The notes below the pieces were generated by a model. The model did no database searches. It was not told the origin of the DNA and saw only the letters and a list, made by a program, of their open reading frames with translations. 64,000 nucleotides of DNA from Octopus sinensis (Eukaryota): assembly GCF_006345805.1 (NCBI RefSeq), contig NC_043004.1, forward strand, positions 94,736,001-94,800,000. The letters run 5' to 3'. Positions 11,740 through 24,215 of the stretch are shown here, one piece after another. How positions within the stretch are numbered: the first letter of the stretch is position 1; each line of letters begins with the position of its first letter. Made by a program: the position numbers and the translations under genes.

Positions 11740-13319
11740 AATTGTGATAATGATGATGTTGATGGTGGTGGTGGTGGTGGTGCTGGCGATTTTCTTTTCT
11801 GTTATTTAGCCTTATGTTAGCCTTCTTCCAACAGACATTCAAAGGAAGACATTCTAGTCCTGACCATCCCGCCTCAACAGCGATGATGACATTGTACTTT
11901 GTATCCATATTTTGTTAATATGTCGTAACAATGATAGTGAGCACAACAATGGGGTCGACAATGACAATGGGTGGTGATGGTTCTGGTGGCAGTGGTGGTG
12001 GATGATGATGATGATGATGATGAGGTGGTGGTGGTGGTGGTGGTGGTGGTGGTGGTGGTGATGATGATGATGAGGAGGAGGAGGAGGATGATAACAATGA
12101 TGGTGATGATGATGATGGTGGTGGTGGTGGTGGTGATGATGATGATGATGATGATGATGGTGATGGTGATGGTGATGATGATGATGATGAAGATGATGAT
12201 GATGACGATGATGGTGATGATGATGATGATGATGGTGGTGGATGATGATGATGGTGATGATGATGATGAAAATGATGATGATGATGATGGTGATGGTGAT
12301 GATGATGATGAAGTTAATGATGATGGTAATAATGAAGATGATGATGATTTAATACAAATGTTTAAATTTTACTGGATTAAAAAATCTATGATTTATGATT
12401 TATGATTTAAAGACAACAATGGATATAGAAGTTTATAAAACATATGAGATACAATTGCGCAAAAACAGCTCTGCTATTTCTTGTAGAGCGGACGAGCACA
12501 CAGAGGTCTCTTTGTGGTGATATCTAAGATAGTAGTCATGATGATGATCGTGGCTTTGGGGATGATGGTGATATCATTGTTGATGATATCGATATACTGA
12601 TGATGATGTTGATAAAATGCATTAATGATCAAGATGATCGTGAAGATAGTGATGATAACATTGATGCTGTTGCGGTTCATGTTGGTGGTGGTGGCGGTGG
12701 TGGTGGCGGCGGCAGCGGTGATGGTGGTGCTGGTAGTGGTGGTGGTGGTGGTGGTGGTGGTGGTGGTGATGATGATGATGTTAATGATGGTGGTGTTGGT
12801 GTTGGTGATGGTGATGATGAAAATGATGGCGGTAATGATGACGATCATCATCATCATCATCATGGTAGTGGTGGTGGTGGTAATGATAATGATGTTAATG
12901 ATGGTGATGATGATGTTAATGATGGTGGTGTTGGTGGTGGTGATGGTGATGGTGATAATGAAAATGATGGCGGTAATGATGATGATGATGATGATCATCA
13001 TCATCATCATCATGGTAGTGGTGGTGGTGGTAATGATGATGATGTTAATGATGGTGATGATGATGTTAATGATGGTGGTGTTGGTGGTGGTGATGGTGAT
13101 GGTGATAATGAAAATGATGGCGGTAATGATGACGGTGGTGGTGGTGGTGGTGGAGTTGTCAATGGTAGTAGTGATGTTGGTGATAACGATGTTGATGTCG
13201 ATGATGAGGATGATGATTATGGCAATGGTGATGATGATGATGATGATAAAAATGGGCTGGGGAGGATGTAGTTGATGGTGGTGGTTATGTTGTTGATGAT
13301 GAGAAGTAGTTGTTTTGCT

Positions 13320-13350
<31 letters not shown>

Positions 13351-13450
13351 CTGATGATGATGATGATGATGATGTGATGGTGGTGGTGGTGGTTATGGTT
13401 GTTTGTGGTGGGGGCTGTAGTGGTGATACCGATCATGAAGATGATGACTA

Positions 13451-13481
<31 letters not shown>

Positions 13482-13492
13482 TATTATTATCA

Positions 13493-13523
<31 letters not shown>

Positions 13524-13570
13524 CATCATCATCATCATCACCACCATCATTATTATTATTATTATTACAA
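11740..13570. repeat. Compound (GAT/GGT/ATT)n trinucleotide array with 141-150 bp higher-order units
   Basis: Block aaaatgatggcggtaatgatg recurs at 12820, 12961 and 13111. Confidence 0.9.
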
Positions 13571-14034
13571 TATTTACATACATATGTCAACATATTCAAG
13601 TTTCTATATTTGAAAGCCAGTATTTTCCAAATTACCGCTCCAGGTGAAGGCAAAAAGAAACCACACCAATGTTAGTCTCCTTCAAAATTATCCAGTAGAT
13701 AACATCAGCTAGACTATAGCCTCTGGTGCTCTTTGTGAGAAAATAAATAATAAAAATTCTAATTAAGTTAAAGAACATCTGAAATTTTATATTTCAAATA
13801 CATTAACATTTATACATCTTGTTGGTTAGCCCCAGGATAAAATGAATTTTAGCATACATATGACTAAAGGTATTCCCACCATGACCATCCTGTCTTGTTT
13901 TCCTATGTGTAACAAACACAAGATTATATTAAGCCTACTGTCCTTCATTTAAGAAGGTTTGATGTGATTTGTAGGGAGATTTTCCTGCTTTTTTGGGGGT
14001 GGTGGGTACGAAATCAAAAGAAAAGCTCATTCAC

Positions 14035-17000
14035 ATGGAAGTCTTATTGGTTTGCATCGTGCAGTTGCAACAACAACAACAACTACTACAGCAGCAACAA
14101 CATTACCAACAGTTATTGGAAGTAATGCTGAAGAAGTTTGAAAATACTTCAGGTTCGTTCTCCTCACACAGCGTAGCAAACTCAATCGGAGAATTTATTT
14201 ATAAACCCAGAAGAAGGTACTTCTTTTTCTGCCTATTTTAGAAGATACAAAGAAATCTTCACAGATGAATGTGAAAATTAGAATGACGAGAAGATGGTGC
14301 AACTACTTTTAAGAAAGTTATCTCCTGCCGAACACGAAACATACTGTAATTATATTCTGCTGAAGAAACCAGGTGAGATTTGTTTCGATGAAACAATTAT
14401 TTTATTATATAGAATTTTCAGTGAAAGAAGTTTCCTTTTCAATACTCGTTGGCAGTGTTTAAATTTAGTTAAGAAAGATGATGGAGATTTCGTCACCTAT
14501 TCTGGGTTCGTCAACAGAGAGTGTGTAAAATTCAAATTAAATTGATTAACCCCGGATTTGTTCAAATGTCTAATGTTTGTTCAAAGGTTAACTGCAAGAA
14601 AAAATGCTTATATACTTTCCTATATATTAACAAAATTAGAACAGGACCAAAAATTAACTCTACAGGCAGTGACTGAATAATGCCACAGGATTATAAATTT
14701 AAGACATAATGCGGATAAAATTGAAGAAAAAGATTGCTCTCAGATACATTCGTGTCGACCTGTAACAGTTAAGAGAAAAGAAAAACGAACGTCAAGACCA
14801 ACTCCATGCTATGGATGCGGAGGTTTACATTTCAGAATTAATTGTCCTTTTAAATATCGTAAATGCTTTGAGTGTGGAAAAATCAGGCATAAAAAAGGTC
14901 ATACAAAAAAAAATTTCCAGAAAGAATGTATTGTTACCAAAAATTCTAAGCGAGACTCAGAAAAGAAAGTTTGTGTCCATAAAATTGAATGTGAATATCA
15001 AGTTACAATTGGATACGGGTAGTGATATCACGATAATTAATACAGATACATGGAGGAAAATAGGGAAACTTAGATTAAAGAAAACTTCGAAAATTGTGCG
15101 AGGTGTTTCAGGAAAAAATTGCATTTTATAGGTGAAATGATAAGTGATGTTACATTTCGTGGAAAACCTTGAAAGCCAAAGTTTTTGTGTTGAAACATAC
15201 GACAACTTTATTTGAAATAGACTGGATGGAACTATTTAACTTATGGGACCTTCCCATGAATATATATTGTAAAAATGTGAATGGTTCTTCCGCCTGTACA
15301 AATAAGGCGTCGGATGATTTAAAAAGAGAATTGAAGCAAATTTTTCCTGAAGTTTTTTCTGATGAATTAGGTCTTTGTACCAAAACAGAGGCGAAGTTTC
15401 AAGTGGAAGAAAACGCTATACCGGTATTTAAACCAAAATGAACGGTACCTCTCTCGGCGCTGAAACAAGTCAACGAAGAATTGGATAGACTTGAAAAGCT
15501 TGGTGTTATTGAAAAAATTGATTATACAAAATGGGCATTCACAACAGTTTATGTCAAGAAAAAAAAATGATAAATTCCGAGGATGCGCTGATTTTTCAGC
15601 GGGATTAAACGAATGTTTGATGCCATATAATTACCTGAGGAAATTTTGATGCCATATAATTACCAGAGGAAATTTTCGAGAAGTTGAATGGAGGAAATAT
15701 GTTTCAAAGTTGGACCTATCAGAAGCAAATTTGCAGGTAAAAGTCGATGAGGAATGTTCAAAATTATTAAAAATAAATACCCCTAAAGGGTTGTATAAAT
15801 TTAATCGACTCCCCTTTGGTATAAAGGTAGCACCTAGCATTTTCCAACAAGTTATAGACTTTATGCTTGCAGGTTCGGAATTCGCTGTAGCTTACCTTGA
15901 CGACACACTGATAAAAAGTGAAGCTCGGGGTCAGCATGCTGAGCATGTAAAAAAGGTCTTCGGAGGAATAAAAGATCATGAGTTTAATCTCGGCGAGGAA
16001 AAGGGTAAATCTTTTATGCCAAGAATAAAATATCTAGGGCAGATTATTGATGAAAATGGACACAGACCAAACCTATCTAGGACGAGTGCAATACAAAATA
16101 TGTCTCCCCCGACAAACACTACAAAATTACAAGCATTTTGGGGACTTGCAAAATTACTAGCAGGTATACATACCTAATATGCACGATATAAGAGCACCTC
16201 TGAATAACTTGTTAAAAAAAAGACGTTAAGTGGAACTGGTCGGACAAATGCCAAAAAAATAAGCTTTAGAAGAAATTTTAAAAGTCTTAACGTCGGAATT
16301 GTCGTCATCACATTTTGACCAGAATTTAGAAATAGTAGTGGTAGCAGATGCTAGTGGTGTGATTTTATACAAATATGAAGATGGTAGCATAAAAGCAGTA
16401 CTTCATACTTCGCGTTCATTATTGCCGGCTGAGAAAAGTTAGACTAAAATAGTAAAAGAGGCATTAGCCATTATATTTGCTGTAAAAAATTCCATAAATT
16501 TATACATGGAAGAAGGTTCCATCTGCAGATAGATCACCGCTCATTATTGTCGATCTATAGATCAAAAGGAGGGTATCTCCACACATGCAGCCAACAGATT
16601 TCAGCGCTGGGGAACGATCCTACTGAATTACGACTTCAAAATGGAGTGTTTGACTTCGAAGAAGTTGGGACATGCAGATGGTTCGTCAAGGTTAATACCA
16701 AAATACAGTGAACCACAAGAAAGCACAGACGAAAATGAAATAAAAAATATATTGTGCAATGTTGTTGTGCGTGAATTGCCTGTGACAGTGGAGAAAAGAA
16801 AACCCAAGGCAGAGACGGATGAGATTATCATAAAAAAATTTTAAAATCATAGTGAGATCAGAAGAAACAAATAAAACATACACACGGTTGGATGTAACCC
16901 AGTTTCGAATTCGTATTCGATAATTGATAATGTGCCTGTATAAGCACAGAGAGTCGTAATGCCTACCTCACTACAAGGTAGAATGTTAAAGGAATTCCAC

Positions 17001-17640
17001 ACTGGACATCCAGGAATTTCTAGGATGAAGTCACTAATGAGGAGTTATGTTTATTGGCAAAACAATGGATTTGATATTGAGAAGTGGCTAAAATCGAGCA
17101 GAGGTTGTACTGTTGCAGCAAAATCACCACCTATAAAATTTCAACTTTGGCCCAAGACCGATATTCTATGGTCCAGACTGCACATAGACTTCGCAGGACC
17201 GTTAAATCGACCTTATTATCTAATAGTGGTAGTTAACTTTTCAAAATGGCCAGAAATGTGTAAATGTAACAAACCGACATTCAGGGTAATAGTGGAAATT
17301 TCTACACGAACTTTTTTCTAGCTATGGTGTCCTTGATACCATAGTCTCCGATAACCGTACACAATTCACGGCGAATGAATTTAAGAAATTTTGCAAGATG
17401 TACTTAATTGAACATATCACGACTCCTCCGTATCACTCAAGATCAAACAGGCAAGCGAAAAGTTTCATGGATACATTTAAAAGAGCATTAAAAAAATTAA
17501 GAAGCGAGCTAGTTGATAACGAATCATTGATACAGTTCTTGGGGGTTTATAGGATAGCACTAAACACAAACCATTCTTCAGGCACGTCGCCTGCGGAACT
17601 AATGTTTGCTCGAAAAATTAAAGTCAATTTTCGACAAGCT
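14035..17640 (+). pseudogene. gag-pol: Disrupted gag-pol polyprotein
   Basis: ORF fragments at 13993-14241, 14294-14545, 15169-15441, 15710-16177, 16641-16844, 16959-17321 and 17398 onward follow Gypsy domain order. Confidence 0.9.
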
Positions 17641-18094
17641 GTTAGCAGTAAAAAAAGACAAAAAGGGAAAACACTAAATATACGACAAAGCATTTTAATA
17701 TCGGTGACAAGGTGCCTTTTAAAAAATTTTTTTAAATGTAAGACAAGGTTGGGAAGATGGAGTCGTAGCAAAAAGAATAGGCAAAATGATATATATGATA
17801 AGTGGCGAAAAATAAGAACACAAAAGAAATTTAAACCAGCTAAAAATAGATATAAAGAAAAAAGGAAAAAGATACCCATGGAAGTGTTCTATGACACCTT
17901 TGTTGTGCCAAAGCCACAACAAATCGAACCTAGTCGTAGCAGCACAATAAAGCGGAAACAAACAAAACGGTTGGAAGTAATACATAAAGGGAAGAAATAT
18001 TTTCCTGGGAAGAAAATCTCAAAAAGGGAGATGTGCTGAAAGAAAAATAAATAAATAAAAATAATAATATTAACTTCCAACGGAATTCAATCTC

Positions 18095-18105
18095 AAAGGG
18101 GGAGA
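18095..18105 (+). other. Polypurine tract of the Gypsy element
   Basis: AAAGGGGGAGA located 3 nt before the TG start of the putative LTR. Confidence 0.75.
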
Positions 18106-18108
18106 TTT

Positions 18109-18278
18109 TGTGACGAGAGTCATTGACACCCCTGGAGGATTGGAAGAATGGACTAGCCGAACTCTTATAAAGAGTAAAGATCAGTAGGAGTTGTTGAGAG
18201 GGCATTTTGGAGTCTCGCGAAGTACGTCGTGTGAACACATTGTTTTTACCTTCGCATCGTTAAATTATATATCCAACA
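18109..18278 (+). repeat. Putative 3' LTR (TGT...ACA, ~170 bp)
   Basis: Begins TGTGAC just after the PPT and ends CCAACA. The right boundary is inferred because no second LTR is available. Confidence 0.55.
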
Positions 18279-18662
18279 ATTGTCAAGGATATAAAAGTAA
18301 ACATTCGCAGTTGTGCTGTCTATGTGTGTAGACAGGAATGCTTAAGCCTATGTGTTAATAGATGAATTTTTGGATAGATATACATGTACACACAAATATA
18401 TATACTACATTCACATACAGACGAGCATATATACACGCACGAATATATGTATACGTATATACGATGGAAGTGGGTGCTAAAACGTTCCTGGCTTTGGTAA
18501 AAGAAAATACAGGAGGATCAGTTAATTATGATTTTATTCAACATATTTCCCTCTCAGATTCACACACTCATTGCAACAGTCCAAGCCTTGGCCTCCGTCC
18601 AGACCTTTCACAATACCCTTAAAGCCAGCAACTTTTCAGTACCCTCTGGTATGTATGTATGT

Positions 18663-19041
18663 GGAGGCGCAATGGCCCAGTGGTTAGGGCAGCGGACTCG
18701 CGGTCATAGGATCGTGGTTTCGATTCCCAGACCGGGCGTTGTGAGTGTTTATTGAGCGAAAACACCTGAAAGCTCCACGAGGCTCCGGCAGGGGATGGTG
18801 GTGATCCCTGCTGTACTCTTTCACCACAACTTTCTCTCACTCTTACTTCCTGTTTCTGCTGTACCTGTATTTCAAGGAGCCGGCCTTGTCACTCTCTGTG
18901 TCACGCTGAATATCCCCGAGAACTACGTTAAGGGTGCACGTGTCTGTGGAGTGCTCAGCCACTTACACGTTAATTTCACGAGCAGGCTATTCCGTTGATT
19001 CGGATCAACCGGAACCCTCGTCGTCGTAACCGACAGAGTGC
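18663..19041 (+). mobile_element. tRNA-derived SINE family C, full length
   Basis: A box tggcccagtggtta, B box ggtttcgattcc; close copies at 49463-49840(+) and 56857-57159(-). Confidence 0.85.
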
Positions 19042-19673
19042 ATCCATCCATGTGTGTATGTATGCATACAAAAATTAATATAAACACCTATGCGGAATGT
19101 GATGTCATAAAAGAAAAATACGATCGTCACTGAATGCAACTAAGGATGTCAAGAACCTAAAATGCTAGAAATATGTACTATGATACTCCTAATGCTGTAG
19201 GAAAAGCACATAAATGTATATATATATATGCTGACAGGGGCTGTAATTGCCCAAATCACCGACTCGAGAATTCCTTAACCCCTTTACAACGGTTGACGCA
19301 AATATGCGATCACACTTTTGCTTGCCTACCTACCTCCATCACGGTCTTTTTAGTGGCTGATGTATGTTTACGTTCGCTATCGTGTACTTTATCTCTTGAG
19401 GTGCGCGTACTCGCCGTCCCGTGGATTATCTTAGCTTTTTTCAGGTTACTTTCAAGTTATGAGACTAGCAGTAGACCAATGGCATGCGGATACTTTACAT
19501 GCATAATACCGTGTTTTGAGTTGTACCACACACAAGCTATTTTTTTTTAAATTGAGCAGCATAATAAGTGCATATCATATTATGATAAATAGCTTCCCAG
19601 CTTGTTTTCATAAACCGGTATACGTAAATGTATAAATGTATAAAAATGTATAAAATTTTTTTTTTTTTTAATG

Positions 19674-19880
19674 AAGGCGGCGAACTGGCAGAAACGTTAG
19701 CACGCCGGACGAAATGCGTAGCCGTATTTTGTCTACCGTTACGTTCTGAGTTCAAATTCCGCCGAGGTCGACTTTGCCTTTCATCCTTTCGGGGTCGATA
19801 AATTAAGTACCAGTTAATCGACTTAATCTCCTTGTCTGTCCTCTCTGTGTTTAGCCCCTTGTGAGTAGTAAAGAAATAGG
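19674..19880 (+). mobile_element. SINE family B
   Basis: aaggcggcgaactggcagaaacgttagc...gagttcaaattccgccgaggtcgactttgcctttcatcctttcggggtcgataaattaagtaccag; more than 12 copies in the window. Confidence 0.85.
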
Positions 19881-20016
19881 TATACGTAAATGTACGACGC
19901 TATGTTATTGTAACGGTGAACGTAAATAGACGCGAGCTCGTTGGCACTTGTGTGTTTGTGTAGCCTCATTAGATAAAAAACTGGAGCAGTGTCTCGCATG
20001 CTTCGGGTAATACCTC

Positions 20017-20200
20017 TTTCTTTACTAACCCACAAAGGGCTAAGCACAGAGAGGACAAACAAGGACAGATTAAGTCGATTACATCAACTCCAGGGCGTAA
20101 CTGGTACTTAATTTATCGACCCCGAAAGGATGAAAGGCAAAGTCGACCTCGGCGGAATTTGAACTCAGAACGTAACGGCAGACGAAATACGGCTACGCAT
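20017..20200 (-). mobile_element. SINE family B, inverted relative to 19674-19880
   Basis: Reverse complement of the family B consensus. Confidence 0.85.
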
Positions 20201-20403
20201 ACCGGGGTTGAACTGAACGTCAGTTTAGGTTATTTCCTTAACCTTCACCAGTAAGGACTGATCGTTCAGTAGATTCCCGAACGATACTCCTGTCAGGACA
20301 TATGTACTTACCATAAAAACTTATGGATGATTTAATGGATTGTTATTGTGTACATAAATATTAATATAAACAGCTATGCACAAAGGGATTCCATAAAGGA
20401 AAA

Positions 20404-20625
20404 ATACAATCGTCACTGAACGCAACTAAGGGTGTCAAGACATCTACGTTACTAGAAATACCTGCTAAAATGCGCCTAATGCTGTAAGAAAGACACATAA
20501 ATGTATACATATACATAAACGTATGCATTTATGTGCTTTTCCTATAACATTAGGAGCATTTTAGCTCTTGTTTCTAGCAATGTAGAAGTCTTGACACCCT
20601 TAGTCACCTTCAGTGACAATCGTAT
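20404..20625. repeat. Imperfect palindrome with ~100-bp arms and a TA-like centre
   Basis: atacaatcgtcactgaa... versus ...ttcagtgacaatcgtat; a single-arm homolog lies at ~19116-19215. Confidence 0.8.
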
Positions 20626-20641
20626 ATATACATATACGTGA

Positions 20642-20692
<51 letters not shown>

Positions 20693-20749
20693 TTTCAGTT
20701 GAATTAGGTACATAAAATGAGGCACCAAACCAGTTAAGTGGACAGAATG

Positions 20750-21950
20750 TAAATAAGTAACAAGGATGTCCAGGTATCAATACGTTACAACCGTTTCAAG
20801 CAGCTCCATTTAATCGATCGATGAAAACATTACATCGATTTGAAAGAAACTGCTCTCCTCAGACATTGATGACCTTGTAGATTTCCAACATAAAGGATAA
20901 ACCATTTTTAACAAATTTAGTATTGATATTTAGCAAATATCAATACTAAGAAACCAAAATAATTACATTGTTTCCTTGTGTTATATTTGTGACAGAATGA
21001 GTTTAGAAAATAATGCATATCTTATGAAGCCTACTATAATTTAGAGAGCAGCAGAGGAAAATAATGGGAGTCACGGCATAGAAGTGGTGACATAGCTATT
21101 CATATGTGGAAGGTTTTATGCAGTATGTAGTCTACAACCCTTTAGAATTAAATCCATTGGGAATTGACAACTGATTTATCACCATCAACTAGAACACAGT
21201 TGTCAACTCCTAATGGATTTAATTGTAAATTGTTGCAGACTACATGCTTCATAAAACCTCCTACATATAAATAGCTATCTCACCACTCCCGTATCTTGAC
21301 TCCCACTATGTTTCCCCTGCTCCTCTCTAAATTATAATAGGCTTAATAAGTTATGCCTTTTTTTCTAAACTCATTCTACCACAACTATAACACAAGGAAA
21401 CTCTTTTACTTGTTTCAGTCATTTGACTGCGGCCATGCTGGAGCACCGCCTTTAGTCGAGCAACTCGACCCCGGGACTTATTCTTTTTGTAAGCCCAGTA
21501 CTTATTCTATCGGTCTCTTTTTGCCGAACCGCCAGGTGACGGGGACGCAAACACACCAGCATCGGTTGTCAAGCAATGCTAGGGGAACAAACACACACAC
21601 ACAAACACACACACATACATATATATATATACATATATACGACTGGCTTATTTCAGTTTCCATCTACCAAATCCACTCACAAGGCATTGGTCAGCCCGGG
21701 GCTATAGCAGAAGACACTTGCCCAAGATGCCACGCAGTGGGACTGAACCCAATGAAATTATTTTGGTTTCTAGTATTGATATAAATTTTTTTAAAATGGT
21801 TTATCCTTTATGTTAGAAATCTATATGGTCATTTCTTCTGAAGAGGGCAGTTTCTTTCAAATTAATATAATGTATTTATTCATCAATTAAATGGAGCCAC
21901 TCGAAACGGCTGTAGTATATTGATACCTGAACATCCTTGGTACTTATTTA
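20750..21950. mobile_element. Large foldback element (~420-bp arms, 23-nt loop) with degenerate hammerheads at both ends
   Basis: Left arm 20750-21173 pairs with 21197-21950 once the SINE at 21402-21750 is removed. Confidence 0.8.
21402..21750 (-). mobile_element. 5'-truncated SINE family A inserted in the foldback right arm
   Basis: Splits the sequence ggaaac|aatg, which is contiguous in the left arm. Confidence 0.9.
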
Positions 21951-22012
21951 GATAGATAGATAGATAGATAGATAGATATAGATAGATAGATAGATAGATA
22001 GATAGATGGATG

Positions 22013-22073
<61 letters not shown>

Positions 22074-22929
22074 CATCAAGATAAGAGAGTCTATACATCC
22101 TGTACTATTTATGTGAAAAATCCTAAATGTTAAATTCATTTTTGTTTTATTCATCTGAAGAAAAGAGCTTCTTTACATGATGTAACTCATTTGTTCATCA
22201 ATAAAAAAAACAAGTCTGAAACAGATGTAAGGACCCTCAGCCCATTTGTGTTATTATTTGTACTACATCACACTCAGAATCAGTGGACCGTGGACTGCAT
22301 ACTGGACTATAATCGTGTATGATTTTGTGTATACATTGTGTTCATTTGACCTATACTTGTGAACGTAAGCATAACTGGCAGGACAAGTCTGTATTTTGCT
22401 TTAGTAAGTGAGTGTCCATGCACATTAGTTTTTACACAGGTAGAATATCTTCAACTCTACCTTGGTGCTTTTGTTATTACGATGCCAGGATACTACTGCA
22501 TCTTGAAAATAATTATATATCCCTATCTTTTATGTGGCCATGCTGTGGCATCACCTTGAAGAGTTTTTTTTATTCGAACAAATCAACCCCAGTACTTTTT
22601 ACCTTCTATTGGACACAAACAAACCAATACCAGTTGTCAAGTGGTGATAGAGGAGTGAACACATACAAAAACACGCACACATGGCTATATATATATATAT
22701 GACAGACATCTTTCAGTTTCTGTCTACCAAATCCACTCACCAGGCTTTGGTCAGCCCAAGGCTATAGTAGAGGACATTTGCCCAAGATACCACACAGTAG
22801 GTATGAACCCAGAGTCATGTGGTTGGGAAGCAAGCTTTTTACCATACAACCACACATCATACACACACATACACACATATATCTATATATGTGTATATCC
22901 TTCATCTTATATATATATATATATATATA

Positions 22930-23300
22930 TCATCATCATCATCATTTAGTGTCCGCTTTCCATGCTAGCATGGGTTGGACGGTTCAACTGGGGTCTGTGA
23001 AGCCAGAAGGCTGCACCAGGCTCCAGTCTTATCTGGCAGTGTTTCTACGGCTGGATGCCCTTCCTAACGTCAACCACTCCGTGAGTGTAGTGGGTGCTTT
23101 TTACGTGCCACCCGCACAGGTGCCAGACGGAGCTGGCAAACGGCCACGGACGGATGGTGCTTTTTACGTGCCACCGGCACGGGGGTCAGGCAAGGCTGGC
23201 AATGGCCACGAACGGAAGGTGCTTTTACGTGCCACCAGCACGGGGGCCAGGCGAGGCTGGCAACAACCACGAACGGATGGTGCTATGTGCCACCGGCACG
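22930..23300 (-). mobile_element. RTE 3' UTR (family D) with 4-5 internal gtgctttttacgtgccacc repeats
   Basis: (CAT)n start; shared core with other family D copies. Confidence 0.8.
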
Positions 23301-23644
23301 GGGGAAATCCTTTATCTACTTTTTCCAGTCGTTAGACTGTAGTCAAATGATTGATCCACAGTTCTAATTTTTGCTTTTAAAGCTTGGTACTTGTCATGCA
23401 GTTGTGAGAGACAAACATAGACATAAAGACACATATACACGCACACACACACACAAACAGTTGTCTAAATATCTCTATGTCAGAAAAACAGGCACTCATA
23501 TGTTAGGTAACAGAGTGTGTACATTACTGTTGTCACTATAATACTATATTCTCATCCCATGATAGTCAAATCTCCAATTGGTTTCATACCAGAAATTGAG
23601 AATGTATCCAGCAATCATCAGAAATAGCTGAGAAGAATAGTATG

Positions 23645-24215
23645 CTACATGTCCCACCCCCCAATTAGAGATTGACACTTCTTGATGCAACCGTCCTCAT
23701 CCATGCACACCACATGACCACAGCAGCACAGTCTCCTCTCTTGCACACAACATCTGATGCCTCTTATACCCAGTTTTTCTCTCAAATCACTTACACTCTG
23801 TCGTACATGCACACTGACAATACCCATCCAGTGAAGCAAGGTGGTTTCATTTCTTTCAAGCCTTCACCTATCTTTAGTAGCCACAGTCTGTCTCACAGCC
23901 ATGTACAATAGATGTTCTCACACAAGGATCATACAATCTGCCTTTCGCTCTGAGGGAGAGGCACTTTGTTACTAACAAAGCTCTCTGAACTGCACCCAGC
24001 CTGTTCCTATACTACACTTTCAGAACTACCTCCTCCACTGCTAACTTGGTTGCCTAAGTAACAGAAACTATCTGCTATTTCTAAGAATATCTCTTGACAT
24101 TTGGGTTAGTCTGTTTTATGTACCTTCCTAGCGTTTATGTACCTTCATATCTGCCACTCACAGTGACTGCTTTTCCTGTTAACCTTCCTGTGATATCACT
24201 CCCTGAGCTTTCATG
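23645..24215 (-). pseudogene. RTE-clade LINE ORF C-terminal fragment
   Basis: Manual translation: EIADSFCYLGNQVSSGGG...GWVQFRE...LSLRAKGRLYDPCVRTSIVHGCET...LREKLGIRGIRCCVQERRL..GHVVCMDEDGCIKKC. Confidence 0.85.

Larger units (their letters stand above)
14000..18278 (+). mobile_element. Decayed Ty3/Gypsy LTR retrotransposon (gag-PR-RT-RH-IN), 5' LTR not found
   Basis: Zinc knuckle CYGCGGLHFRINC (14807-14845); protease LDTGS (15009-15023); RT YLDD (15893-15904); RNase H DASG; integrase HTGHPGISRMKSLMRSYVYW and WSRLHIDFAGP. Many stops and frameshifts. Confidence 0.95.

Noticed and set aside
13800-14030. 5' LTR and primer binding site of the Gypsy element
   Set aside because: No similarity to 18109-18278 and no clear tRNA-complementary PBS.
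19617-19894. Apparent TSD ggtatacgtaaatgta around SINE B
   Set aside because: The left copy lies ~40 bp from the SINE start, and ggta is part of the SINE tail, so it is not a clean TSD.
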